From assembly GCF_000281045.1 (NCBI RefSeq), contig NW_008246070.1, positions 149,543 to 213,542 on the forward strand: 64,000 nucleotides of DNA, given 5' to 3'. The DNA is from Saprolegnia diclina VS20. Its lineage: Eukaryota. This document shows positions 34,262-46,895 of the stretch, in pieces; position 1 is the first letter of the stretch, and every line of letters begins with the position of its first letter. Below the pieces are notes generated by a model. The model searched no databases. It saw only the letters and a program-made list of their open reading frames with translations, and was not told the origin of the DNA. A program made the position numbers and the translations under genes.

Positions 34262-35403
34262 CCAATCAGAAGCCGCGGCAAGTTCGAGACGCCAATCGAA
34301 ATGCGCGAATTTCTAGAACCGACTGGAAAAGCCACGGGCGCGCCAGCTCACCAAAGCTCTCATTTCTCATTTCTCATTTGCACTCAACATGACAACAGCT
34401 TCCAAGCAGCTCGAAGCGATCGCTGATCGCATCAACCCAATCCAAGACCGACTGCAGTCGCGCCTCCCGCACCAGCACCAGATCGTCGCCGCCGCCGTCA
34501 TGGGCGCCAAGTGGCTCTGCGCCGCGCTACCCGCCAAGGACCATGCGACGATCTACAAGAAGACCATGTTGCAGCTCCAAGCCTACCGCTTCCGCGTCTT
34601 GGAGCAAGGCGAGCTCTTGACGCGCCTCTTATGCGACCTCGACTTGGTGCTGAGCGATGGCGACCCAACCATCCGCCTCCAGCGCAAGCAGACAGTCGTT
34701 CGCATTCAAGACCTCCTCTGCGACGCCGATGCGCTCAAGGCCAAGTGCGACCACCTCTCGGCCTTTGCGTCGCGTCTCCTCGCGCCTTTTGCCCCCGAGA
34801 CGCCTCCATCCTCCCCGACCAAGGCTGCAAATGACTCTATTGACAACCAGTGCGACAACGATGACAACGTCGATGAGCCTATGGACGATCAGGCCGACGA
34901 GGAAGACGACCAGAACGACGCCGACCAGGATGATGCCGAAGTCGACGCCGAAGAAGACGCTGAAGATGACGACCAGGACGACGGCGAAGAAGAAGAGGAA
35001 GAGGAAGAAGACGAAGCGATGACAAACGAGCCTCTGTCACCCGCAGATGTGGCCAAGCTGCCGATTTGGCGGCCGGCGTATGAGATCCGGCGACACTTCG
35101 ACGGTCTCGCCCTCGTTGCCAACCTGTCTGGCGTCGATCCTGCCAACCTGAGCGTGTCGATCACCCCCGACGGCGTCTTGCAAGTGACGGGCTACAAGCT
35201 GCCGTCAATGACGTCGCCCACCTACGGCCGCTTCCTCCTTCGCGAGCAATTCGCCCTCCAGCTCATCGACGTTCGCAATCTCTCGTACCAGCTCCACCCC
35301 AACGGGACCCTTGTCGTCGTCCTGCCGCGCCGACCGGTCCAGGCTCGCCCTCGGCCTCATGCGCTTCGATCCCCGTTCCTCCAAGCGCCGTTTGTGTGGT
35401 AAC
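34262..35403 (+). repeat. Direct repeat copy 2 of 9781-10919 (promoter + CDS)
   Basis: Identity begins at CCAATCAGAAG and ends at TGTGGTAAC; the HSE-like element is at 34310-34329. Confidence 0.97.
34389..35402 (+). CDS. BAG + HSP20-like fusion protein, copy 2
   Basis: 337 aa; differs from copy 1 by H/Y, L/V and T/S substitutions plus acidic-linker changes. Confidence 0.82.
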   Translation: MTTASKQLEAIADRINPIQDRLQSRLPHQHQIVAAAVMGAKWLCAALPAKDHATIYKKTMLQLQAYRFRVLEQGELLTRLLCDLDLVLSDGDPTIRLQRKQTVVRIQDLLCDADALKAKCDHLSAFASRLLAPFAPETPPSSPTKAANDSIDNQCDNDDNVDEPMDDQADEEDDQNDADQDDAEVDAEEDAEDDDQDDGEEEEEEEEDEAMTNEPLSPADVAKLPIWRPAYEIRRHFDGLALVANLSGVDPANLSVSITPDGVLQVTGYKLPSMTSPTYGRFLLREQFALQLIDVRNLSYQLHPNGTLVVVLPRRPVQARPRPHALRSPFLQAPFVW

Positions 35404-35487
35404 AAACTCCACCGGCGCCGTCTAGTCTATCTATCACATCATGTATATATCAAGATATCAATGTATCATAAAATGCGTTTTATGCGT

Positions 35488-38400
35488 TTAAATGTCGTCA
35501 TTCGGGCGGTAAATCACGTCCGAGTTCCAGTTGCGCTTCTCAATCTTGCTGCAATAATAGCGGGGCAAGCTAAGACACAGAATGAGTCGTCCGGAATACT
35601 AAGATCGTAGCGTACATTTCTTCGCGGCTCACGGTCCAAAAGTACTCGGGGCGCGTCCCGCCCATGAGCTGCGACCGGTTGAGCATCTGCACAAACTCCT
35701 CGTCGTGCGTGATGCAGATCAGTTGAAAGTTGTGCTGGTTCTCCCGCGCTTTGAGAATGCTACAATACGCTCTCGCGACAGCTTGACTACCAAAGCATGG
35801 ACGTACTCGGCAATGGCCTGCGCCAACCCGAGCTTGTTGGCCGAGTCGAGGTTCGTTGTCGGCTCGTCCAGCGCCAGGATCCCGCAGTTCAAGCAAAACG
35901 TCTCGGCGAGCGCGAGTCGGATCACGAGCGCCGCCAGCACCTAGCAGCACACAAGCGGTCGCGGATCGAACTTGGGATGATTCAGAGATGGACCTTTTGC
36001 CCGGCGCTGCACCGACCGCGCATGTCGAGCAACGTGTTGTCCTTGCGCATCACGACGCGGTAGTTGTACGAGCGGCCGGCGCGCGCGGCTGCCCCCGACT
36101 CTTGGCCACTCACGAGCTCGATCGTGTCGATGTCATTGCCCCGGTACGTGATCTGCCACAGCGTGCGGATGATGGCGTTGATCTCCTCGATCTTCTTCGA
36201 GTGGAACTCCATGAGCGAGAGGTCCAGCGCCTTGTAGTACTTGTCGAGGTCCGAGACCGCCATCATCGTCGTCTCGTAGTCGATGAGCTTGCAGCGCTGC
36301 TTTTCATCAATGTTCTTCAAGTCCCGTCCATGGAGCTTGAGCTGGACGTTGCGGATCGCCTCTTGCAGCGCCTCTTGCTTGCCGCGGAAGACTGCGCGCT
36401 CCTCGCGCGTCGCGTCGCACTGGTTCTTGGCGTCGGCCACCAACCGCTCGGCCTCAGCCACGCTCGGCAGCTGCCCGAGCTGGCGCTGCGTCGCGAGCAC
36501 GGCCGCTTTGGCCTGCTGCAGCTCGGCTTGGAGCCGCCGGTAGCTCAAGTTGTCGTCAATCTGCCGCTTCAAACTCACGTTTTCATCGAGCGCCCGGAGC
36601 GCCGACGACTTTTCGGGCTGGATCTGCTCGACGCGACGCGCCTTCTCGGCCTTCATTGCTTGGAGAGACTGCATCTGGCTTGTGAGCTCGAGCGCGCGGC
36701 CGTCGAGGTTTTGGCGCGCAAACTGGTCGGCGTGCTTGCTCTTGTCGTCGTACTGCCGCTTGTCGTTCTCACAGCGCGAGGACGCTTCGCGCGCGGTCGC
36801 GATTGCGCGCTGGTGCGTATCCCGCGCCAAGAGTTGTTCGTTCTTGCACTGCTGCAGCTCGCGCTGGTAGCCCGGCAGGTCGCGCTGGAGCGTCGCGACT
36901 TCGTCTTGGAGCGCTTTGATGTGCACGCGGAGGCCTTCGCGCGCCTCGCGGGCCTTCTCGACGTCGACGCGGCGTTGCTGGATCGCGGCTTTCTCTTCGC
37001 GGCACTTGTGCACTTCGTTCTGGAGCCCTTGCTGCGTCTCTTGGTGCAGTTGGAGCTCACGTTGGAGCCGCTTGAGCCGCGACTGGCTGTCCTGGAGGCC
37101 GGTTTGCTTCGCATCGCGCGCCGCCTGCGCCTCAACGAGCGTCGGCGGGTTGGCACCGAGACGGATCGTCTTTTCCGAGAGCAAATGGTCGTCGTCACCG
37201 TCGAGGCGGTGGCCCACAAACGAGAGTTCTTCCCACTGCGTCTGCAGCGACGTGAGCTGCTTGAGCGCCGCCGCCGCGTCATCCGAGCGCGTCACGTTGG
37301 CCGCGTGCGTCGCTTTGGCCTCCTGGAGCTGCACGTCCAACATGCGGATCGTCGTGTAGAGCGACTCGAGCTCGGTCGTCTTGGTCGGAAGCGACGCCTC
37401 GAGCGCGGCAAACTCGGTATAGAGCGGTTGGAGCTTCTCGCAGCGCTTCCACGCGTCCAGCGCCGCGCTCTCGTTGCGCTCAGCTTTCGCGATCTTTTCT
37501 TGGTTCTTGCTGTCGTCCATTTTGTTCGCAATGAGCTGGGAGAAGAGCGTCTCCTCGTCCGGCGAGAGCCCGCGCTGGCAGAGCGGGCAGCAGTGGTCCT
37601 TCTCGCCCTTCTTCATGTACGTGCGAAGGAACACGATCGTGTTCTTCCGGCTCTGCGTCTTGTCCTTTGCATCGAGGTACTGCGCTTCGAGCTGGGTCAG
37701 CGCCGTCTCGGGCTGGAGCCCAAAGGTGGCGAGGAGCGTCTTCCACTCGAGCATCGGGCCGTTTGAGAGCGTCTCGTACCGCGTCCGCGTCTTCGCAATT
37801 GCGCCCTCGTCCGTACGCTTCTTGACTTGGGCCTCAGCCATCTCTCGCTCGAGCTTGGCGACGTTGGCGCTGGAGGTCTCGCGCGACCGCTTGAGCTCAA
37901 ACACGAGCGTTTCGACGCGGTTGCGGTCGTCGCTCAGCGTCGCAAACGACAGCGGCGACTCGAGGACGTTTTGGCTCGAGGCGAGGGCCGTCTCGAGCGC
38001 CTTGCGCTTGGCCGTGTGCTCGTTGCGCTTGTGCTCGAGCGCGATCTGGTCGCGCTCAAAGGTGCGCAAGATCTGGAGCTTGTCGTCGAGCGCCCGCAAA
38101 TCAAACGTAATGCTATTGGCTTCCTTCTCCAGCGCCAAAATGTCTTCTTTGAGCGTCGCGGTGGTCGCCGACTCGCGCAAGGCACTGAGCTTGGCCTCGG
38201 CGTCTGCAAGTCGGGCTTCCACGACGCCCCACTCGCGCTGGGACGCGTCGAGGCCGCCGCTCGACGTGTTGAGCTCCGCGACCAGCGCGTCTTCCTTGCG
38301 CTTCAACGCCGACAGTTCGCGCGTTTTGGCGCCGAGCGTCTCGTGGCAGTGGTGCACCTTGGCCGAGACCGTCGTCTGCTTGGCGTTCCACTCGTCGTCG

Positions 38401-39693
38401 CCGCGCCGGGCGTCGGCTTCGAGGCGCTTGAGCGTCGCGCCGAGCTGCGCGAGGACGTCCTGGAGCCGCGACGCAAAGATGCGAGCGTCGTCTTGGGTCA
38501 CGACGGCAGCTGCAATGCCGTACGTCGAGCCCAACTTGGTCGCGAGGTCGGTCCGCGCGCGCATCGCCTCCTTTTGCTGCGCCATGGTGGCCTCCAGGAC
38601 GCCCTTTTCATGCGCGAGCTTGCGCTCGGCCTGGTCGACGCTCGCGAGCTCGTCTTGGAGCTGCGACTCTTGCGTCGAGAGATCTTGCACTTCCTTGCGC
38701 TTGATCGCGAGAATGCTGTCGTAGTTGGCGAGGATCTCTTCCAAGCTCTCGGTCGACTCGGCCATTTCACGCCCCATCTGCTGGTACACGCGTGTGATCT
38801 CGTCGCTTTTCTGCTTGACGACCGCTTCTTGCGCACGAAGCTGGTCGAGGACGCTGCGCACGTGGCCGAGCGCGGCCTCAGTCTCGTGGACGCGCGTCTC
38901 GCGCAGGTCAATGTCGCTCGAGAGCTGCGCATAGTCGGCTTGGAGCGACTCGAGCTTCGCCTGCTGCTCCTCGAGCTGCTCTTCCATCTCGCGCACGCGG
39001 CTCACCTGCTCGGCGAGCACGTCCAGGTCGCGCTTCATGTCCTTGGCAATGCCGACCCGGTCCTTCTTGAGCTTCTTGATCGCGTCGAGCGCCTTGGTGT
39101 AGCGAGCCGACTCAAAGATGTCGTCAAAGCGCTTCTTGAGCACGATACCTTCCTGGAGCGGCCAGTTGGACTCTTCCTGGTGGCAAAAAATCACGCTTTC
39201 GAGCACGGCCGCCGAGACGCCGAGGAGATCCGGGATGTGCTTGTCGAGCTCGCCGCACTTTTGGTTAATGCTGAGCTTCTTCCCGTGCTTGTCGAGCATG
39301 CGCACGACGCCGTCGAGCGCCTGGTACTTGCACGTGGACTTCATCTGCTGCAACCGGAACGTCCGTTGCACGACCATGGTCTGGCCGGCGCGGCTCTTGA
39401 AGCGCAGCCGAATGTTCGCCTTGACCTCGACGTCCCCGCGGATCTTGGGGTCGTGAATGAAGCTCTGGCCACTGCGCGCACTCGGCGGCAGCGACCCCGT
39501 GCAGCTGATCTTGAGGCACTCGATGATCGTCGTCTTGCCGCACCCTACGTGTCCCTCAGCGCTGGCCATCAAGAGGCGCCGTACCGTTGGCACCGAGGAT
39601 GACGGTGAGAGGCTGGTTAAACTCGATCGACTCGGCGCGCCCAGGGTAGAAGCTGCGGATGCCACAGATCGAGAGCTTCTCGATCGACGACAT
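35488..39693 (-). CDS. RAD50: DNA repair protein RAD50
   Basis: Walker A GAN|GCGKTT, Q-loop [11 protein letters not shown], zinc hook CPLC, signature CSAGQK, Walker B/D-loop LDEPTTNLD and ITHD. Confidence 0.97.
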
Positions 39694-40033
39694 GCTGGAC
39701 CGACGAAGCAGCGCTCGCGGGAATCTTTGGGAATGGATATTGGCAACTATCCATTGTTGGAGTTTTGATAAAGGAGCAGATCATTGCCGGCAAGATACTG
39801 GGCTTTCTTTTCGCACCGTCTTTTGCGCTGAGCGCAGAGCTCAGCACCCGCAATAAGAAACTTCTTACTGCCGTAGGACGAGGTGGATCGTTCGGTCGAC
39901 CGGCGAATGCTAGCTGCCGAGAGCGTCGAGAGCCCTTGGCGCGAGCAATTAACTGACCCTGTACGGATAATTCGGTATCCATTCCTGCAGGTTTTTACCT
40001 ACCGGTACATGAAACGTTGTGGGAGAATAAGAT

Positions 40034-43000
40034 ATGATCGGCGCCAGGCCACCACCAGCAGCGCGCCGGTCCGTGAAGAAGCGCGATGGCCGGCGCGCGG
40101 ACGGCCTTGGTCTCGTGCCGCAGTGGGACGCTTCGGCCCCGACGGTGCTCTTCCCGTCCATCTCGACGCCACGCAAGGCCGAGTCGCCGCGCTGTACGTC
40201 GTCACAGCAGCCGCGCTCGACCGTCACACCACGCGCCGCAGACGCGCGTCAGCCTTATTCACTAAACACACAGAACCTCAAGCATCCGCTACCGCAGCGG
40301 CCAGCCAGCCAAGGATCGGCGTCGCCACGGCCGTTGGGCTTGAGCCGCGACGAGACAGCCAAGTACCAGTTTCTGCCACGGAAGCCCACGACGATAGCGA
40401 GCCCGCCAAGCACACCGCGCACGCGAAACCGCCCAACGCCATGTCAGACGCAAGAGACGTGGGTATCGTCACTCGTCGTGCCAGTGAATGCTGCCGTCGA
40501 GACCATCGAAGCGTTCGCAGGACCCAATAGGACGCTCGGCGAGACGAGCCACGCCGGCGTGTTGCACCTCTTTCTCGAAGACTGGCTCGAGCGCTTCGAG
40601 TCGGAGGACATCAACTACCGCTCCATCGGTACTACGCTGTAGGTACCATGACTCACGTACGCCTAGTCGTGCATGCCCAAGTCGGTTTTACCGAAATCCA
40701 ACGGCTCACATGCCACATGAGCCTCCCGAACGACGTCATGGCCACCTTTTGCTGCATGCTCCTCGGTACCCGCCGAATGCGCGCCTGACTGCAGCATAGT
40801 GACGAGTGTAGACCGGCTCGCACACTACTTTGGCCCGTACGAAGGCCTCTTGACGCTCTTGAGCAGCGAAGTGCAGCGCACGATGTACGTGCGTCCGTCG
40901 ACAGGGCGCAAGCTCTTCCACGAGACAACGTACTTTACAGCCGTCAAGCAAGCGCAGGGCGACGTCAAGAGCCGCATCGACCGGCGGTGCGACCGCCCCG
41001 TTTGCCTTTGTCTCGTCCTTACCAGTGACAACGTAGACGGCGCTGCCTGACGCGCAACCTGTTTCTCGAAAAGGAGCTCGTGCACGCGCAGCAGACGCTC
41101 GAGTCAGCGCTGCAAGACTGGAGCGACGAGGTCGTCAAGTCGTGCTTGTACGCGTGGTACGAGACGTCCGTCGTGCGCAAGAAGGTCGAGTTTTTCGTTT
41201 CTATGACGTGGCACGCCCACCGCGACGCTAGGTCTTGGCCAAGAACCTGCGCTGGTTCTCCATGTGGTTTTCGGGCTCGCCGCGCACGCTGGTGGCGTCG
41301 ACGTTTGAAGACTGGCGGCGCTTTGTCCTCGTTAGCACAAGCCTTCGCATTACGCAAAAGCTCCAGGAAGATTGGTATCGATGGGCGATCTAGTGTGAGC
41401 GCTGAACGGGGCTGCGCCGATAGCGACAAGGTCGCCATCGCTCAAAAGAACGTGACCGAGCTCTCCGAGACCAACGTCGCGCTTCAAGACGAGTACGACC
41501 GCTTGCGCGAAGAGAACCGGCTGCTTCTCGAGTCGATTCAAGCATTCACAACACACATCGAGCATGGTGCGCGTGTGTATCAAGTTGAAATATTGACACA
41601 TGGAGAGTAGCCAAAGTGTTTCTCAAGACCACGCCGTCGCGCGAAGAAAGCGTGTGCTTTGACGGACAGCTGCGCATGGAAGTCGTCGCGGAGATTGCGC
41701 ACTACGTCTTCGAGTCGCTCTTACGACTGCAGTACAACACGGGCTTCCACCAACCCACCTTGTTTGCGGTGTGTTGTGTCTCTTTTGTATCAAGTTTGTA
41801 TCGAGTTGGCGGCAGGTGACGCCGGACTCGTACTGTCTCGAGGAGCTTGCGGCCTTTGCGCTTGGCAAGACGCAGCCGAGTGACTTTCCGACGGTCCAGG
41901 ATATGACAGCGGACGACATGTTCAGTCTCGTCGCTGGCGTCCACCACGCGTGCGTGAACCGCGCCAACTGTCTCGTCTTTTGCTCCATGCAGCCAATGAC
42001 GCCGTCCACGGTATTGGTCCAAAGCTCTCAAAACTATCAATGTATCAGGTTGCAGGTCGACACGATGTATGCGATGGTGCGCGATTGGCAGCGACAGGTT
42101 GAGCACTACGCGGCGACGTCGACGCTGTACTACGCGCGGCACTTTGAGGACCACGAGGCATCCGTGGCCCCGCCGTCGCAAGGTCCGTTCGCCTCTCTTT
42201 GCATTCACAAAGGAATTGTTGATTCTAGCGGCGGTCGCCAAAATGCGTTCGTCGCAGGCCCAGTCGAAACCCGTCTTGGCCGACATGGCGACGGTGCACG
42301 CGCAGTCGCAGCTGACGCTACTTCAGACAATTGTACCCGACGACGTCAAGGCGGACTTTGGACTGCACTGGCGGTACCTCGTCCTCGGCCGCCTCTTTAT
42401 GGAGCTCAGCGCCCTTCTCTTTGACCCGTGCGAGATGAACCCGTACTTCCGGAACGCTTGCATCTCGCTTGCGATACGAGACATCGAGATGGCTCGCCTT
42501 GCGCAGCTCCAGACAGCGTGCGACGGCGAACTGCCGCCGTTGCAGCGCCGCCTCACTATATCCGAAGAGCTGACGCAAGAGCCCAAGCCACTGCCTGCGC
42601 TGGCCGCCGACTGCATCGCCGACAGCTACCGGATATGGCACGACGTCTGTGCCGACCTCATGGCTGGTGGTGTCGTGCAGAGCAGTGCGTCCGAGCTCCA
42701 CCACGACACGAGCGAGATGGTGCTGCCGTCGTCCGAGGTGCGATCTCTAAACCCAAATGCAATTGGGCGAACGTCATGTAGAAGCGCGCCTCCAAGAAGA
42801 TGTCGATCACGTCGCTGAGCCACATGCCAACGATGCGCCTACCAAAGCGACTACCACAAGCCGACCACTGCGAACCTCAACCCACGAGCATTTACATCAC
42901 GGGCTCGTCTGCCGCGAGCAAGAAGTTTGGCGACTTTGTCTCGGCCAAGCTCCACGTCGTGCCCAAGGAGCCCGTGCACGACCTCAATCGCACCGTCCAG

Positions 43001-44210
43001 ACGCTGCATGCGACGCTTTTGGCGATCCAGAGCAAGGGCCAAGAGGTGCTACCTTGATACCTAGTATCGCTGTGGTCGAGACATCGACTAGGTCCGCGCC
43101 ATGCACGCTGCGGTGCCCCATGCGCGGGCGTCGAATTGGGGCCACGCGAGCGCTCTTGTCGCGCAGAAAGAACACGCCAAGCTGGCCTCGCGCCGGGCGA
43201 CCGTGGCGGTCGTTGTCGGTATTGATGCAATGTGTACATATGGATGCAACGCACTCGACGGTAGACGTCCGCCCGAGCTTGCACACAGCGATTAGCTGGG
43301 AGACGCCAGGGATAGCGGCGCTGCTCCAAGACGAGACCGATCCGTCGCCCGAGATGGTCTCTGTCCGTGCCCTCTTCCAAGAGCACGAGCGCGCATTCCG
43401 CGCCATGTACACAACCCCCAGCAACGACACTCTCTCCCACGCGCTCTCGCTCGACGAGCTCTGGCGCGTTCTCAAGCGCATGCGGCTGACGACCAAAGTC
43501 GTGCCGGTCCCCAAGGACGACGAGACGTACGCTGTTGCTGGTAAAGGCTTAACTGTAGTGATGCGACTAGGCAACACATCCCGGTCGTCGACTTGGCCGA
43601 AATTGTCCTCCGCATCTGCAACGAGCAGTTTGGCGAGCTCTACCGGCTCTCGCGGCGCGTCGAGCTGTTCATTTCGTTGCACTTGTGCCATGCTGTCGAG
43701 GTGCGGTCGCCGCTTCGAGACCTCACGGCGACGCCGCAAGTCCGCGTACTTGCCATCCAGAGTCTTGGCCAATAATACCTGAGACCGATATTGTAGTCGA
43801 CGCTAACGGACCACAAGGATGTGCTCTTTGGCATCTTCAAAGCGTACGCGGTCAAGCTGAAAGGCAAGGACAAAGGCGCCGTGCCGCAGCACCTCACCAA
43901 GCGCGAGTGGTCGCTCTTCCTCCGCGTAGGCTGCATACACTGATAGTTGGCTGACACTACGTCGCATTAGGAGTACGGACTCTGGACACCGCGGCTCTCG
44001 ATCGAGCTCGCGAACGCACTCTTCCTCAACGTGCAAGATGGCGCACTGGACGAAGCAGAGGTGTCGGCCAATATGCTCTACTCGGAGTTTTGCGAGGCCG
44101 TTGTCGGGCTCGCTGGCTACGCGCTGCCCGACCCGTTCATCGACTGGCCCGTCAAGACCGCGCTCTTCATCAAGCGCTACTTCATCGACAAAGCATCGGG
44201 CAAGTCGTAG
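40034..44210 (+). CDS. Large multi-exon hypothetical protein with coiled coil and C-terminal EF-hand-like helical region; could be more than one gene
   Basis: Chain of coding-like exons separated by short GT-AG introns, ending MLYSEFCEAVVGLAGYALPDPF...GKS*. Confidence 0.55.
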
Positions 44211-44617
44211 CGCTGAGTGTTTAATGGCAAGGCAGTAGTTTCGTCTGGCTTGTGTTGGCGCATGTACCGTGTGACCAGGGTCGCCGCCGACGGCGTGCGA
44301 TGAGATATCTCAGTCGACCCCACATGATCCGTTGTCGACAGGCCCACACTTGAGCGGTTCCGACAAGTTGACCAAACTCGATGGCTCGCTCTTGAGAGCG
44401 CTCTGGGCGCCGGTGGACTTGAGGGCGCTATCGGCGAACCTGCGTCGATGTTGCTGGCGGCGCGTGCACTGCCATGGGTGCGAAGCCGCGCCGATCGATG
44501 CAACTGGGAGTTTGGGTGATTGAAAGGACGCGATTTGATTGGCTGTGGACCGCTGCCATCTGCTTATTTACGGGCCACCCCTTTCAACGCGCCTGTCTAA
44601 ATTCATTTTCTCCGACC

Positions 44618-46309
44618 ATGACCACGCCGCCGCCCGAGACTGCCAAGCGAATGACCGAAGCGACGTCGCTCCTCTCCTGTGAGCTCGGCGCCATCGACGA
44701 CACGCCGGACGCGTGGGTCGAGTGGCGCAGCCTCGTGACGCTCTCGGGTCCTGTCGTACGATGATGCTCTGAGCACACCCTTCGTCACCTGATGCCAACG
44801 GATAGATCTTTACACTCCTCATGGAGTACCTTCCGTGCCTCACCAACGTCGTGCTCGTCGGACAAATGGACTCGCCGCACACCAAGGCGTACGTCGACGC
44901 GGCCTCGATCTCGGGCATGGTATGTACATGATGGTCTAGAACAGTGGAGACATTATTGGCTGTGTAGTACTTGAACATTACGTCCATCTCGGTCGGCCTC
45001 GGCATGGCCACCGCCATGGACACGCTCTGCACGCAGGCGTACGGCGCGGGCAACACCAAGAAGTTTGGCGTCTACCTCCAAAGCGCACTCCTCAGTGTCG
45101 GCCTGGTACACTCCATGTACTGCCTAGTTGTCGGTGCTGATGTACATCTGTAGATACTAATACCGGTCGTCCTCCTCGACTGGTTCGCGGAGGACGTGCT
45201 CTTGGCGCTGGGCCAAGACCCGGAAATTTCGGCGCTCGCGGGCATCTTTACGCGCTACACGACCCTCGGCCTTCCCTTTCTCTTCTTCTACGAGCTCGTG
45301 AAAAAGCTATTGCAAGCGTACAACATTGTACTGCCGATGGCGGCGATGACGGTCCTCAGCAACCTCCTCCACGTTGTCTTGGGGTACTACCTCACCAACT
45401 ACACGACCCTCGGGTTCTACGGCGCCGGCCTCGCGCGCTCCGTGAGCTACATGGCGCTGCCGCTGCTCATGGTGCCCTACTTTTGCTACAACCCGGTGTA
45501 CCGCGAGTGGAACCTGCGCTGCAACTACGCCGAGGCCGTCGCGCATTTGCCCGAAATCTTCCTCTTTGGCATCCCCGGCATGCTCATGATGATGATGGAG
45601 TGGACGGCTTTTGAGCTCCTCACGCTCTTCACGGGGCTCATGCCCAACCCGATGGTCACGATCGGCGTCAACTCGGTATGTTGTGCGCACTTGAAAGATT
45701 GATACTTATCATGTACTTTAGATTCTGATGAACGTCGTGTCGATCGTGTACATGATCTTCATGGGTATCTCGGTCGCTGTCAACATCCGCATGGGCAACA
45801 TGCTTGGCGCCAACAAGCCGCGCCACGCCAAGCTCATCATGGCCATGGGCTACGGCCTCACGTGCGCATGTGTCACGCTGACGTTTGCGAGCATTTACTT
45901 TGGCCGCTTTCTCATCCCCGAGCTCTTCCTGCACGACCCCGAAGTCACGTCGTACGTCGAGCGAGTACAAAGTGTGGTCTCAGTCTCATCGTTTAGGCGA
46001 GCGTCGTGGGCGCTCCTCTTCCTCTTGCCATGCCACGTTATTGACGCGCTCAACGGCAACTCGCAGGGCGCCCTTCGCGCGATGGGCCACCAGCAAGTGG
46101 CCACGTACGTGAACGCCGGGTCGTTTTACTTGGTGGGCATTCCTGTCGCGGCCTTTTGCGCGTTTTACTTGAACTGGAGCGTCGAAGGGCTCTGGGCCGG
46201 CTTCACGACTGGCCCCCTCACGGCGTGTTGCATCTACCTCACGCTGCTCTCGCGCGTCAATTGGTCCGACGTCGCCACCGAAGCCGTCACGCGCGCCGAG
46301 ACCGACTAA
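44618..46309 (+). CDS. MATE (SLC47/DTX) efflux transporter 1
   Basis: GMATAMDTLCTQAYGAG, MEWTAFE, IRMGNMLGANKP and SVEGLWAG. Confidence 0.93.
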
Positions 46310-46895
46310 GATCGTAGAGATACTACCTACGACATAAACACACGGCAACTGAATGGTCCGCGCCATTGACGATGCGCTGCATTTGCCAAACTACAAAGCA
46401 TTTGAACAGCTTCAGTGATGTTTTGCCAGAGCACAGCCTGAGCGCACTCATTATCTTGAACCAGATTGAAGCGCTGTGGCAGCGCGTTGACAGTGACAAC
46501 CGCAACGACGTTGATGGGACGAAGTTAATCGGTTATACATACTCGAATATATAGAAAGAGTTGTTTCTGGATACTGGGCACGAGAGACGCACACGTTTGG
46601 GTGAGCTTGCCGAGACCGTCGCGCAGCGTCTTGGCCGATCGCGAATCTTTCTTTGCCCAAGCGTTCTAGCATTGTGCGCGAGCGGACCTACTTCACTGTC
46701 GCTGAGAGCAGGCCGGGATCCGATCGGACGTCGCACCCCAACCAGCTCTGCCAACCTTGATTTTGGCAAGGGTCAATAATTATTGACGTGATTTTGGTCA
46801 CATTCGAGCTACGCATGCATTTTGTGAAATGTCAGAATGTTGGTGGACCACCGGCGTGCGTCTTTGCAGTGTGCCGATCGCCCCCGCCGAGCAAG

